Shown piece by piece: positions 11,256 to 24,335 of a DNA stretch of 63,803 bases. Numbering within the stretch: position 1 is the first letter of the stretch; each line of letters opens with the position of its first letter. The notes beneath the pieces were generated by a model that was not told where the DNA came from, ran no database searches, and saw only the letters and a list, made by a program, of their open reading frames with translations. The stretch comes from Geosiphon pyriformis uo1 (Eukaryota > Fungi > Glomeromycota), in contig JAAOMT010000480.1 of assembly GCA_016748015.1 (NCBI GenBank), positions 434,001 to 497,803 of the forward strand. Reading direction: 5' to 3'. The position numbers and the translations under genes were made by a program.

Positions 11256-13748
11256 ATAATCATAACTAATTTTAGAAACAATTGGAGTTTCTTAGATTAT
11301 TTTGCCATTGTGAAGGTTAATAAATTGTTTGATTATTATTAGCTAAGTATCTCTCAAGTTTCTGATTAATGGAATCACTAAATTGTTTTAATTTAGAATT
11401 CAAGTTAGATAATTTATTTATCACTAGATTTATGACTTGAGCATGGTTAGTTTTGAGTTTAACTAATTCAAAATTTCGGACATTAGTAATTGTGTCTTAG
11501 AGAGTTTAAGGGTGCATTGAATATATGTGCTAGAAAATACTACTGCATAGTCTACAGATAAACTGGTTCAGAATCTGTAACACTGTAAAGTAATTTATGT
11601 CAATTGCTTGAATTTGGCATAGGTTTCTATAAAAGCATCCTAAGTAAGTAGTAATGGCTTTAGTATCTTTTTATTTGATAGTTGTGAAAGTATTGGCTAG
11701 ATAATTGATCTTATTATTGTTATTAAAATATCTCAAAAATTCAACTTTAAATTTGTTGAAGTTCTGGGGTTTTTGGATTAGGCTTTGATATCATGAATTG
11801 GCAATATCCTGAAGAAAATATGGAATTGTCTATAATGCTCTAACATTATTCTATCCATTGGCTGCAATGGCTTTTTCTATATTGTTGAGCCATACTTAAG
11901 TGTCATCTTCTTTGCCAGTGAATTTTTTGAATTTGGCAATTGGAGTATAAGCCATCAATACTAGTGATAGTAGTTGTTGTTGTGGTTGTAGTTGTTGTTA
12001 GAATTATTGCTGAGCTGATGGTGGTGGCTGTTGTTGTTGCTGTTTGGCAATTAGTAGAACTGGTGATGAGTCAATCACAATTACTGGAGGTAAGTTTTGA
12101 GAAACAATAGGAGTAATATTTGGATTATTTTGATTTCACAGAGTTAGAACAATTGGAGTTTGTACTTTTGGGTTTTTTGAGATCAGGTTTTGATTATTAA
12201 TTTTCTAATTACTATTTTTTTTTTCTTTGGAATCAGTTATTTCTCAAGAACTAGTGGCTCTAAAATCTGGTTGTAATAGTGGTAATCAAACTTCTAATAA
12301 CATTGGGAATTGAAATTTAAATTTCTCAAAATAGTCACTATAGATTCCTAATAACTCTGCTTTCTTCTGTTTACTTTAAAATGAGATTCTATTTAGTGAT
12401 ATTGTCATATTTGCTGTGGATGTGTCTATTTATGTTATATTGATAGTACTTCTGGATATGTGGTAATATAATAGATTAGCAGGTAAATCAACTCTCTGTT
12501 TTTTCCAAATAGGTAATTGTATTTGCTTTGGGATTTCTGCTGATATTTGCAATCTTTCTTTTTTTTTGTTAGCAAAAGTAATAAGAAATTTTTGTCTAAT
12601 GTACTTTTCAATTTTTCTGTTTATTTCTGTAATTAGTGGTACAAATAAATGATTTTATGGCAGTATAGTGCTTTGAAGTAGTTTACTAAAAAAATTGTTA
12701 AAAACAAATTCTGGATCTCCTTGGCCTTCCAAATAATATATAATCCTTTTATTAATGTAGCAATTAAAAGCTGATTCTGCTGGCCAATTATTATTTGTCA
12801 ATCCAAAATACTTTTTGTAATACTGGAATAAAGATTTCACAAATTCCAAGTGGTTTGTTCCTATTTTTTTTAATTCTGTCACTGTTTCAAATAGTTGTGG
12901 TTGATGCTGGTTCTCTGTTAGATTATACTTTACAGAGAGCACCAAATGTTACAAGTGATTATTTGGAATCTCAAAGCAAATAACAAATCCATAACTTAGT
13001 GCTTAATAGCTAATACAATTGGTAATATCTGAAGGTTTTGGTTAATCTAAAGGCTTTGGTTGAGTCCTTAGTATAATAAACAGAGATTCAATAAAGATTT
13101 TTTTTAGTGATGTTTTAAGTATTAACTCTTAGATTAGTGTGTTTTGTTGTTTGTTACTTTCTGGAATTGCAATTCCATCAATTTTTTTCTTGGCATGATG
13201 GCCAGCAATTCTCTTGGTAAGCTATTTTCAATTTTGAGTGTTTATTTTTATTTCTGAGTTATTTACCAGTGCTATATTCTAATATTAATACCTCTGTGTA
13301 TTAATTAATTAGTAAATAATAAAGACAAAATAAAAAAAATAAAAAAAATTAAGCCAAGGCAATAAAAAGTTAATATCTCATCAATAGTTATAATTAAGAG
13401 CTATTGTTTTAATATAATCAAGTATTGGATTTTATTAACATAAAGTGTTGATAATAGGAAGAGTGATTTAAATAGTAAATAATTATTTATTAATTTTGAT
13501 AATTCTAACTTAAGATGTTTTTAACCAAAAGATCTTGGTATTAATTTTGTCTTTTCTGCTTTTAATGCTCTTACTATATATACATAATTTGGGTTCTATA
13601 AGATTGTTTACATTTCCAAACAATGTTTTATAATTTCTTAAACAATGCTCACATTGCTGAACAATGTATTCACAGGTTAGCTACTATTTTTCTACTAGTC
13701 TATCTGTTTTTTCTACTATTTTTTTGTATGTTTTTTCTATGAGTAATA
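11256..13748 (-). mobile_element. Ty3/Gypsy element D (family 1), 5' part: 5'LTR, PBS, gag; interrupted by C, inserted in the 3' LTR of E
   Basis: LTR 12947-13748, PBS 12928-12944, ORF 12655..12945 and capsid homology. Confidence 0.9.
12947..13748 (-). repeat. 5' LTR of D (U3 type II)
   Basis: Homologous to the C LTR; termini TATTA (mutated TGTTA) and TAACA. Confidence 0.9.
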
Positions 13749-14278
13749 TTAATTAGTAGATAATAACAAAATAAAAAAATAAAAAAAAAAATAAAAAAAT
13801 AAAAAAATAAGCCAAGACAAAAAAGAGTTAATATTACATCAATAGTCATAATTAAGAACTATTGTTCTAGTGTGATCAAGTATTGAATACTATTAACATG
13901 AAGTGTTAATAGTAGAGAGAGTGATTTAATAGTGAATAATTATTTATTGATATTAATGATTCTAACAAAGATGTTTTAATTGGGAAATCTTAATATTGAT
14001 TTTTTTTTTCTGTTTCTAATGCTCTTGCTATATATACATAATTTGAGTTTTATGAAATTGCTTATATTTTTGAACAATGTGCTATAATTTTTTAAGCAAT
14101 GTGTCATGATTTTCTGACATTGTTCTATATTGTTAAACAATATGCCATAATTTTTAACAATGCTCCATATTGCTAAAAAATATGCTCATGTATTAACTAC
14201 TATTTTTCTATTAGTCTATTTGTTTTTTTTATTATTTTTTTGTATGTTTTTTTTTATGATTAATATTATCTCCTTCTT

Positions 14279-15090
14279 TTAATATTGAGCTCCATTAAAA
14301 TTTTCATTTTAAATTAGATTCATAACTTTTCTTTTTAATATTGTTTGTTCAACTCTGCTTCTTATATCTTTGATTTGCGAATTGTTTATTTTCTTCTATT
14401 GGTTAATAGTTATTGTCTCCATGTTAAGGTGTAGCAATATTTTTGGGTAGTTTTAAAATATTGTGTGTAATTAATAAATTGTTCTAATGTGTAGTGTCAG
14501 ATTTGTTTTCTTTCTAATAATGTCTTCAATATTTCTTATTATTTTTTGATTGAATATTCTTTTGGCTTTATTAAAATATAACTTCTGAATATTCAACTTT
14601 TGTCACAACTAATAGTAGTAATATGGTATTGGAAGTTGTTCTATTTACTGTTTCCAATTTTTTTTTGAAAGTTTTTCTGTTGGAACCATAATAGGTATTT
14701 TTCCAAAAGTATTCTTCACTTTTTCTATAATTTTATCTGACTAGTTTTTTGGTTGGTTCTGTAGTTGCTGATATAATGTACTTTTTTTTGCTTGGTGTTT
14801 TGATAACAGATTGTTTAGTGGTTAATAGTATTTTTTATGTTCAATTGTTGTTGATTTAAGGCCTGAAATAATTGTTGAGCTAAGGTGTGGATATGGTCTG
14901 GTATTTCTATTTTCTTTGGTTCTTTTATCACATATATTATGTTTTTATATATTTTTTTGGTCAATCAATTTGACATATTTAAATCAATGATTATAATTGG
15001 TTTCAAATTTTATGGGATCTTATCTGGTTGGACTAGTATTCATTGTACTCTTAGTTGTGGAATATTACTGATAGATAATAGTATTATATT
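14279..15090 (-). pseudogene. integrase-fused extension (ORF3) of E
   Basis: IPDHIHTLAQQLFQAL...GAQY*; homologous to the A and B extensions. Confidence 0.72.
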
Positions 15091-15456
15091 GTGATATAAT
15101 TTTAGTTAATTACTATGTGCTGCTTTGATTAAGATTTTGTTGTCTCATCTTAATTTATAAGCTCTATTTCCTAGAATTTTTTCTATATGAAATGATCTGT
15201 CTCATTAGGGATCAAATTTTCCACTTTATTGTTTTTCTGCTTTGGTACAATATAAGAATACTTTGTCTCCAATCTTAAATTCAATTGGTTTATCTGATAA
15301 TTAGTTATTATGTCATTTTTTTTGTTTTTTTTGTGACTTTTAGATATTATTAACTGCTTTTTTTCATTTGTTTTCTAGAGTTTCTATTAAGTTATATGTT
15401 TTTTTCAACAATATGTCTTGAAAATTGTTTTTTGTTATTGGTTTAGTTGGATATGT

Positions 15457-16397
15457 TGTTACTCATAGAATATAGAAATTAAATATTAGTACATAAATTA
15501 GCCAATCAGAATAAATGTAGTAAAAAGTGGAATTTCAGGATTTCTCTCAGAGAAATTACAAAATTCCAGGAATTTCAGAATTCTCATATAAAGAATTGCA
15601 AGATTCTAGAATTTCAGAATTCCTTTCAAAAAAATTGCAGGATTCCAAGAATTCTAGAATTTCTGGTTAGAGAATTGAAAAATTCAAGAAATCTTGTACA
15701 ATAAAATTTATATATATATAGCAGTAGTATCAGAAGCTAGAAAATTAGTCAGAAAGACTTTCAAAGTCAGTAGGATTATCAAAGTCAATTAGACTCACAA
15801 GTTATAATTATTAGAATTCTTTAGTTAAAGACCTTTCAGTTTAGATTTGATCTAAGCAATCCTTCACATCACCAATATTAATAAATAATTATTTTCTATC
15901 TCCAATTTACTCTCCACTATCAACACTTCATGTTAATAATAATTGATACTTAACCATACTGGAACAATAGCTTTTGATTATGGCTATTGATGAGGTACTA
16001 ACTTGCAATTGCTTTTGTTTATTTCTTTATCTTCTTTTGTTTTTCTATTTTTCTTTTGTTATTTCTTGGGTTTACTAATTGATTAAGAATTAAGCACTAA
16101 ATTACAGACATCATAGAAACTGGTAAAAGATCCGTGAAACAAGAGTAGAACACTCATAGATTTGAGGATAGCTTATCAGAAAGATTACTGACCACCACGC
16201 TGAGAAAAAAATTTGACAGAATTGCGATTCCAGGAGGTTATTGAAACAACTATTGAATCTCTGTCCATTATACAAAGAACTCCACAACAACACCTTCAGA
16301 TCAACCAAACCTTCAGATATTAACACCAGAATATCAATCAAGTACCAAGTTATGGATTTGTTATTTGATTTGAGACCCAAAATAAACATTTGTAACA
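15457..16397 (+). repeat. Solo LTR (family 1, U3 type I) with 4-bp TSD ATGT, inside the integrase of E
   Basis: ATGT 15453-15456 | TGTTACTCAT...TGTAACA | ATGT 16398-16401. Removing it restores the E integrase. Confidence 0.96.
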
Positions 16398-19149
16398 ATG
16401 TATTAATTTTATCTTAATTGGTAATATTGCTGTTTTATCATATACTAATTTAAATGGTGTTGCTTATATAGTATCTTGCTTTATTGTCTAATAAACAAAT
16501 AGTACTGATGGTATAAACAAATTTCATTTGTCTTGATTTTCTTGACTGATTTTGGTAATTGCTTCACACAATATTCTGTTGAATCTTTCAACTAAACCAT
16601 TTGTTTATGGATGATATAGTGATGATAATGGTCTTTTGATTTCAAATTTTTGACTTAATTCTGCCAATATTCTGTTTACAAAATGGGTTCTTTGATCTGA
16701 TAGCAATTTTTTTAGGCATCCATGTTGACAAATCAAATCTTGATAAATGAATTTGGCTATGGATTCTACATCTGCTTTTTGAATTGCTTTTATCTCTGGC
16801 CATTTTGTGAGATAGTTTATAACTACTGCTATATAACAATTGTTTCTACTGGTTATTGTTAATGGTCCAACTAAGTCAATTCTAATTCTATCAAATAGTT
16901 GTTCTATTTTAATTGGACTTAGTAGCTTACTGGATTTTGTTTCTTTTCTTTTTTGACAATTATTACAATTTTAAACATATTAGATGATATCTAAATACAT
17001 TAATGGCCAATAATATTTTTTTCTGGTTCTTTCCATAGTTGTTTCTTTATAAAAATGTCCTGTTGTTAGATCTGAGTACATGTTGTATAGTATTGTTTCT
17101 TTTTCTGATTTTGTGATTACTCTGAATGGTTGATTTGGATCCCTTCTGTTTTTCTGATATAAATATATTTTGGTAAGTGATAAAATATTTGGATTGTTGT
17201 TTTATATTGTTTCATTTCTTTTGAGATAATTTTTCCTTGAACTGCTGGATATTAATATAGTGTTGGAGTTGTTGATATTTTTGTGTATTCATTTTTTGTT
17301 ATATTTTTGGGTTGAAATGTTTTTAGATTTATTTTATTTATGACAAGCCATTAACATTTCCATTTTTTTTCCCTTTTTATAATGTACTGTATATTTGAAT
17401 GGTAAAAGTTCTATTTTCCATCTGGCATAGCAGTTGTTTCCAAATTTTTGCTTCTGAATTGATATCAATTCTTTGTAATCAGTGTATATGTTGAATTTCT
17501 GGCTTAAGTATTCCTTCCATTTCATGACTGCCCAATAGATAGCTAAGTGTTCTAGTGCTAGTGTTTCATAGTTCATTTGAGCTAGACTCAAACTTCAGCT
17601 GATATATGCCACTGAATGTTTTTGTTTATTCAGTTTTCTCTAAGATAGTATAGCTCTCAATCTTTAACTAAATGTATTGGTGATAATAATGAATGGCTTA
17701 TTGTAATCTGGATAGATTAACACTGGTGCTTGGATAAGCTTTTTTCTTAAAGCATTGAAAGCTTTTTGTTGCACTTTATTTCATTCATATTTCACATTCT
17801 TGGCTTGAAGCTGGTAAAATAGTTGAGCCAGTTTGGAGAAGTTTTGGATAAAGCAGTAGTAATATCCAGCAAATTCCAAGAATGCTTATAGTTCTATTAA
17901 ATTTATTAGTACTAAAAACTTTTTGACAATCTTAATCTTGTTTGGATCTGTCTTAATGCTATTTTTGCTTATAATATGTCCTAAAAATTTCAATTCCATT
18001 TTGCCAAAAAAGCACTTAGTTGTATTCAGTTTCAATTTTGCTCTTTGCAATCTTTTGAACATTTGCTGAAAATAATGCAAATGATCATCAAATGTTCTTA
18101 AGAACACATTGGTGTTATCCAAATATACAATTACTGATTTCTATAGCAGTCTGATGTAAACAATTTTCATAAGCTGTTAAAATATGACTGGAATATTAGT
18201 TAAGCCAAATGGCATTACTTCAAATTTGAAATTCTTTTTTCTTATAGTAAATGCAGTTTTTTTTTTGTTTTCTGGTTTTATGGCTACTTGTCAGTAACCA
18301 CTGTTTAGATCCAATGTTGAAAACCATTTTTTTCCTCCAAAAGCATCAAATAATTTCTGGATTCATGGAATTGGATAATTGTCTCTATGAGTAACATTGT
18401 TAAACTTTTTATAATCTACACAAAAACAGATTTTTCCATTCTTCTTATGAATTAATATTACTGATAATGACCATAAACTCATTGATAATTGAATTAACCC
18501 ATTGTTTAACATCTGGTTGATTTTTTGTTAGATGATTTTATGGTTTGCTGGTAGTACTCTGTATGCTTTTTGTTTAATTGGCATTGTATCTTTAGTCTTG
18601 ATCTAATGCTGAATGATGTCAATTCTACCAAATTTGTTTTCACTTGTAAAAATATTAGTGAAATTGTTAAGCAATATCTTGAGTTGTATTTGTTAGAGTG
18701 GGTCTAAATTTCTCAAGTTTATTTGTTTTAATTGTTTTGGTTAAAGCAAATAACATTCCTTTTATCCATATATTATTTGTAATGTGATATTCACATATCT
18801 ACACAGTTGTGAAAAATCCAGAATAGTATCTGGTAGTTGGTTTTCAATTTCAGTATTTAAATATCCAATAATAATTCTACTTGGTATTTTGATAGTGTTT
18901 CCAGTTGTATTGTGAATGAGAATTTTGATATATTTGTGATTTTTAGCTAGTATACAGAGATTGGTAATAACAATCTCTTCTGATTCACAAATAATAACTT
19001 CTACTTTGAAGATTTGGGGTTGATTCTTTACTTTTCTTTTTATAACTACCAAATACTAGTTATATGATGGAATAAAAATTGATTGATAGGTGAAGATAAT
19101 TTCTCCCTTGTCAATAACTTTTTCTTTTGTCATATTAACTGGTATGTCT

Positions 19150-19570
19150 ATTCTACTCATGAATCTGAATCCATTGATCTTTTTTGCTGTTATTCTTAAT
19201 TTTTCTCTATTTTCTACTGATACTAGCTGAGCTATTTTAACCAGAAATAGAAATATTGCTTGTGTTATTTTTTCATTTGGTTCAATAATATATTTTTTTT
19301 CCAAGTCATTTTGTAGCATTGCAATAATATTTTTTATATATTTTGTGTCAATTATTTCTCTTCTGATGTTGATTTCCTTCTTCGTTAAACTAGATCTAGA
19401 GACTAATTGTACTATAGTTGTTGTAAAGATTTCTAGTGCTATTTTCAGATCAATGCAGATACACAAATGTGGTTTCAATTTGATAACATCTTTTCTTGAA
19501 TATCTTAAATCAAACTTTATATTAGTATCATATGCATATTTTGGCATAATATCTTTATTATTATTACTGA
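19150..19570 (-). pseudogene. dut: dUTPase domain of E
   Basis: FDLRY, SRSSL, IIDTKY, EKITQ and NGFRF in ORF 19056..19793. Confidence 0.87.
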
Positions 19571-20394
19571 ACCATTTTAGTTTTTGCTTTTTGAAAAGAT
19601 TAGAAAGTACAATATATTGTTCAGAGTTTGAATCTGAGTATGAATTGTTGTTATTGGTGTTGTCATTTTGGACTGAGCTGGAATTATTGTTTTTATTATT
19701 ATTGTCAGAGTTTGAATTGGGATTGGATTTTAATTCTGATTTCAATGCATAGTTACTGATTGGTTTTTCTTCTTCTGGGATTGTGTAGATCATGTATAGT
19801 GGTGGATTGTAGATGAGTTTATACTTATTACAATATTGAAAGTCACATGAAATTAAACAGTGTTGACAAAGTCAAGGATTTAACTATTATAACTGCTGTT
19901 TTTGTTCTGCTCTGGTTGATGTTAAATTTTGGTAGTGCTTATAAAACTCTTTAGAACTAGTTTCAATATTGACAAAAATATTTGGATTAGAAATAAAAAA
20001 AGTTTTGGCTGGTTCAGGTGGGTTATTTTTAATTTCTAATATTTTATTGAACAAAACATTTTTGACTTTAGCATTTGTCATTCTCCAAATCTTATCTTTA
20101 TCATGTGGGTAACCATCTAAGTGTGATAAAGCACAGTTTTACATGACATTAAAAAGCATTTTTCTGCTGATCCAATTGCTTATAAGGATCATATATTGGC
20201 ATGAGACATTATATGTTTTTCCTTGACTAAAAATGTCATTCCACATTTTTTTGTTGAGTAAGGTTTCCTTACAAGTGAGACATAGTTTGTTGTCTCATTT
20301 TTTTTGTCTTTTTGAGTAGCCATAGCATTTATGGTAGTATGGCTTGCAATAATAGTGCATGTATGTTCAGTAATTTTTGTCAGGTGTAATCCAG

Positions 20395-20866
20395 TGTTAT
20401 AGATAATTATTTGGGATCTCAAAGCAAATAACAAATTCGTAACTTGGTGCTTGATTGGTACTCTGGCATAGATATCTGAAGGTTTTATTAATCTGAAGGT
20501 TTGTTGTAGAGTCCTTTGTATAATGAACAGAGATTTAACAATTGTTTTTAGTAGTCTTCTGAAATTGCAATTCTATTGAATTTTTTTCTCAGCATGGTGG
20601 CCAGTAATTCTTCTGGTAAGCTATTCTCAAATCTATGAGTGTTCTACCTTTGTTTCATGGGTCTTTTACCAGTCACTATGACGTCTGTATTTCAGCACTT
20701 AATTTTTAATTAATTTAGTAAAATCACAGAAATAATAAAAGAAATAAAATAAAAGAAGATAAAGGAATAACAAAAGCAATTACAAGTTAGTATTCTGTCA
20801 ATAGCCATGATCAAAAGCTATTGTTCTAGTGTAGTAAAGTATCAATTACTATTAACATAAAGTATT
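20395..20866 (-). repeat. Truncated family 1 LTR (U5/R side), closely matching the F 5' LTR, joined directly to the F integrase
   Basis: Shares diagnostic TACTCTGGCATAGATATC and A-rich block with 45792-46265; abrupt junction at ~20866. Confidence 0.88.
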
Positions 20867-23800
20867 AGAATTTTTTTTATGTGAAATGGTCCATTCCATT
20901 TGGGGTCAAATTTTCTACTCCATTGTTTTTCTGCTTTGATATAATGTAAAAGTACTTTGTTTCCAATCTAGAATTCAACTGGTTTGTTTGGTAGTTGGTT
21001 ATTATGTCTTTTTTTTTGTTTTTTTTGTGACTTTTGGATGTTATCAGCTGCTTTTTACCATTTATTTTCTAGTGTTTTCATTAAGTCATATGTTTTTTTT
21101 AGCAACGTTTTCTGAAAATTGTTTTCAGTTATTGGTTCTGTTGGATAAGTGGTGACTTTTATCTCAATTGGCAATGTTGCTGTTCTACTGTATACTAATT
21201 TAAATGATGTTGTTTGTGTAGTGTCTTGCTTCATTGTCCAATAAGCAAATAATACTGATGATATAAACAAGTCCCATTCATTCTGGTTTTTTTGACTGAT
21301 CTTGGCAATGGCTTCACACAATGTTCTATTAAATCTTTCGACTAGTCCATTTGTTTGTGGATGATATGGTGATAACAATGGCCTTTTGATTCCAAATCTT
21401 TGACTTAATTCTGTCAATGTTCTGTTTACAAAGTGAGTTCCTTGATCTGATAATAATTCTTTTGGACATCCATGTCAACAGATCAGATTTTGATGAACAA
21501 ATTTGGCAACAGATTTTGCATTTGCTCTTTGAATGGCTTTTGCTTCTGGCCATTTAGTGAGATAGTTCATGACTATTGCAATATATCTGTTGTCTCTGCT
21601 GGTGATTGTTAATGGTCCAACTAAGTCAATTCTAATTCAATTAAATAGTTGTTCTACTTTAATTGGTCTCAATGGTTTACTGGGTTTTGTTCTTTCTTTT
21701 CTCTGACAAGGATCACAATTTTGAATATATTGAATGATATCTGGATATATTAATGGCCAATAGTATCTTTTTCTAATTCTTTTCATGGTTGCTTTTTTAT
21801 GAAAATGTCCTACTGTTGGATCTAAGTACATATTGAACAATATTGTCTCTTTCTTTGGTTCTGTAATTACTCTTGTTGACTGGTCTGGATTTTTTCTGTT
21901 TTTCTGGTACAGTATATTTTGATAATTGATAAAATATTTTGATTGTTGTTTTATGTTGTTTTGTTTCTTTTGAAATAATTTCTTCTTAAACAATTGGATA
22001 TTTATATAATGTTAAAGTTGTTGGTATTTTTGTATATTCATCTTTTGTTATATTTTTGGGTTGAAGTGTTTTTTTTTTTTTTTAAATTTGTCTCATTTGT
22101 GACAAACTGTTGGCATTTCCATTGTCTTTTCCTTTTTTATAATGTACTGTATAATTGAATGGTAAAAGTTTTAATTTTCATCTGATATGGCAGTCGTCTC
22201 TGAATTTTTGCTTTTAAATTGAAGTTAATCCTTTGTGATCCATGTATATTTCAAACTTTTGGCTTAAGTATTCTTTCCATTTCATGACTGCTCAATAGAT
22301 TGCTAAGTGTTCTAATGCTGGTGTTCCATAGTTTTTTTCAGCTGGACTTAAGCTTTTACTGGTGTAAACTACTGGATGTTCTCTTCCATTTGGTTTTTTC
22401 TGTGATAGTACTGCTCTCAATGCTTGACTTGATGCATCAGTAGTAATAATGAATGGCTTGCTATGATTTGAATAGATTAGTACTGGAGCTTGAATAAGCT
22501 TTCTTTTTAAGGTATTAAAAGCTTTTTGCTGAGTTTCCGTCTATTCATACTTGGTGTTTTTCATTTGAAGCTGGTGCAGTGGTTGAGCTATTTTGGAAAA
22601 GTATTTGATAAAGTAATAGTAGTATCCAGTAAATCCCAAAAATGCTCTCAATTCTGTGAGATTATTTGGTATTAGAAAGTTTTTAACAGTCTTTATCTTA
22701 TCTGGATTTGTTTTGATACCATCTTTGCTCACAACATGTCCCAAAAATTTGAGTTCAGTTTTTCCAAAGAAGCATTTAGTAGCATTTAGCTTTAATCTGG
22801 CTCTTTTTAATCTTTCGAATACTTGTTGTAGATAATGCAGATGATTATCAAATGTTTTTGAGAACACATTGGTGTCATCCAAGTATATGACTACTGATTT
22901 CCATAGTAATCCATTATAAACAATTTCCATGAGCTATTGGAATGTTGCTAAAACATTCATCAAGCCAAATGGCATAATTTTAAACTCAAAATTTTTCTTT
23001 CTTATGGTAAATGCTGTTTTCTCTTTGTCAGCTGAGTTCATGGCTACTTGCCAGTAACTATTATCTAAATTCAGTGTCAAGAATCATTTATTTCTTCCAA
23101 AAGCATCAAATAGTTTTTGGATCTTTGGAGTTAGATAATTATTACCTTTAGTTACTTCATTTAGTTTTCAATAATCTATACAAAAATGGATTTTTCTATT
23201 TTTCTTCCAGACTAATACCATTGGTGATGATTATGGACTCATTAATGGCTGAATTAGTCTGTTGTCAAGCATCCGATTGATTTTCTGACAGATGATTTCA
23301 TGGCTAGCTGGTGGTACTCTATATGCTTTTTGTTTTATTGGCATTGCATCTCCAGTCTTGATCTGGTGCTAGATTATGTTAGTTCTGCCAAATTTATTTT
23401 TACTGGCAAAGATGTTATTGAAATTGTTGAGTAACATTTTAAGTTGCATCTATTGAAGTGGGTCTAAATTTCCCAAATTCATCTGTTCTAATTGTTTCAG
23501 TTAAAGCAGATAACATTCACTTTGTCCATAAATGGTTTGTGATGTGATATTCACATATTTACAAAGCTGTGGAAAATCTGAAATGTAGTTTGGTGATTGA
23601 TCCTCAATTTCAGTGGTTAAGTATCTGATGGTAGTTTTTTTTGGTATCTCAATGACATTTCCAGTTGTATTGTAGATGAGAATTTTGATATTTTTGGGGC
23701 TTTTGGCTGATATGTAGAGATTAGTGAGTTCAATCTCTCCTGATTCACAAATGATGGCTTCTGCTTCAAACAACTAAGCTTGATTCTTTACTTCTCTTTT

Positions 23801-23909
23801 TATGGCTAACATATACTGGTCATATGGTAGAATGGAAATTAATTAACAGGTTAAGATAATTTCTCCTTTGTCAATAACCTCTTCCTCCGTCATATTAACT
23901 GGTATGTCT

Positions 23910-24335
23910 ATTTTACCTATTAATCCAAATCCTTATATCCCTCTAGCAGTAATTTCTAACTCTTTCCTGTTTCCTACTAATACTAACTAAGCTACTTTTA
24001 CCAGAGGCAGGAATATTGTCTGTGCTATCTTTTCATTTGGCTCTATAATATAGGCCTTTTCTGAGTCATTTTGTAGCATAGCAATAATATTTCTTACATA
24101 TCCTGTATCAATTATTCCTCCTCTAATGTTGATTCCCTTTTTTGCTAAGCTACTTCTAAATGCCAACTGAACTATTGTTGTTGCTAGAATTTCCAATGCT
24201 ATTTTGAAATCAATGCAGATATGTGAATGGGGTTCCATTTTTATGGCATTCTTTCCTGAATATTTCAGATCAAACCCTGCATTAGTATCATGTACGTATT
24301 CTGGTATAATACTTTCACCATTATTGCTGAACCAT
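23910..24335 (-). pseudogene. dut: dUTPase domain of F
   Basis: AGFDL, RSSLAKKGI, GGIIDTGY, EKIAQ and ARGIxGFG: all five trimeric-dUTPase motifs are recognisable. Confidence 0.93.

Larger units (their letters stand above)
13749..20394 (-). mobile_element. Ty3/Gypsy element E (family 1), 3' part: CxxC module, dUTPase, RT, RNase H, integrase, extension, partial 3' LTR (13749-14265)
   Basis: ORFs 19056..19793 (dUTPase), 17886..18122 (RT) and 17334..17591 (RNase H); PPT 14266-14280. Confidence 0.92.
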
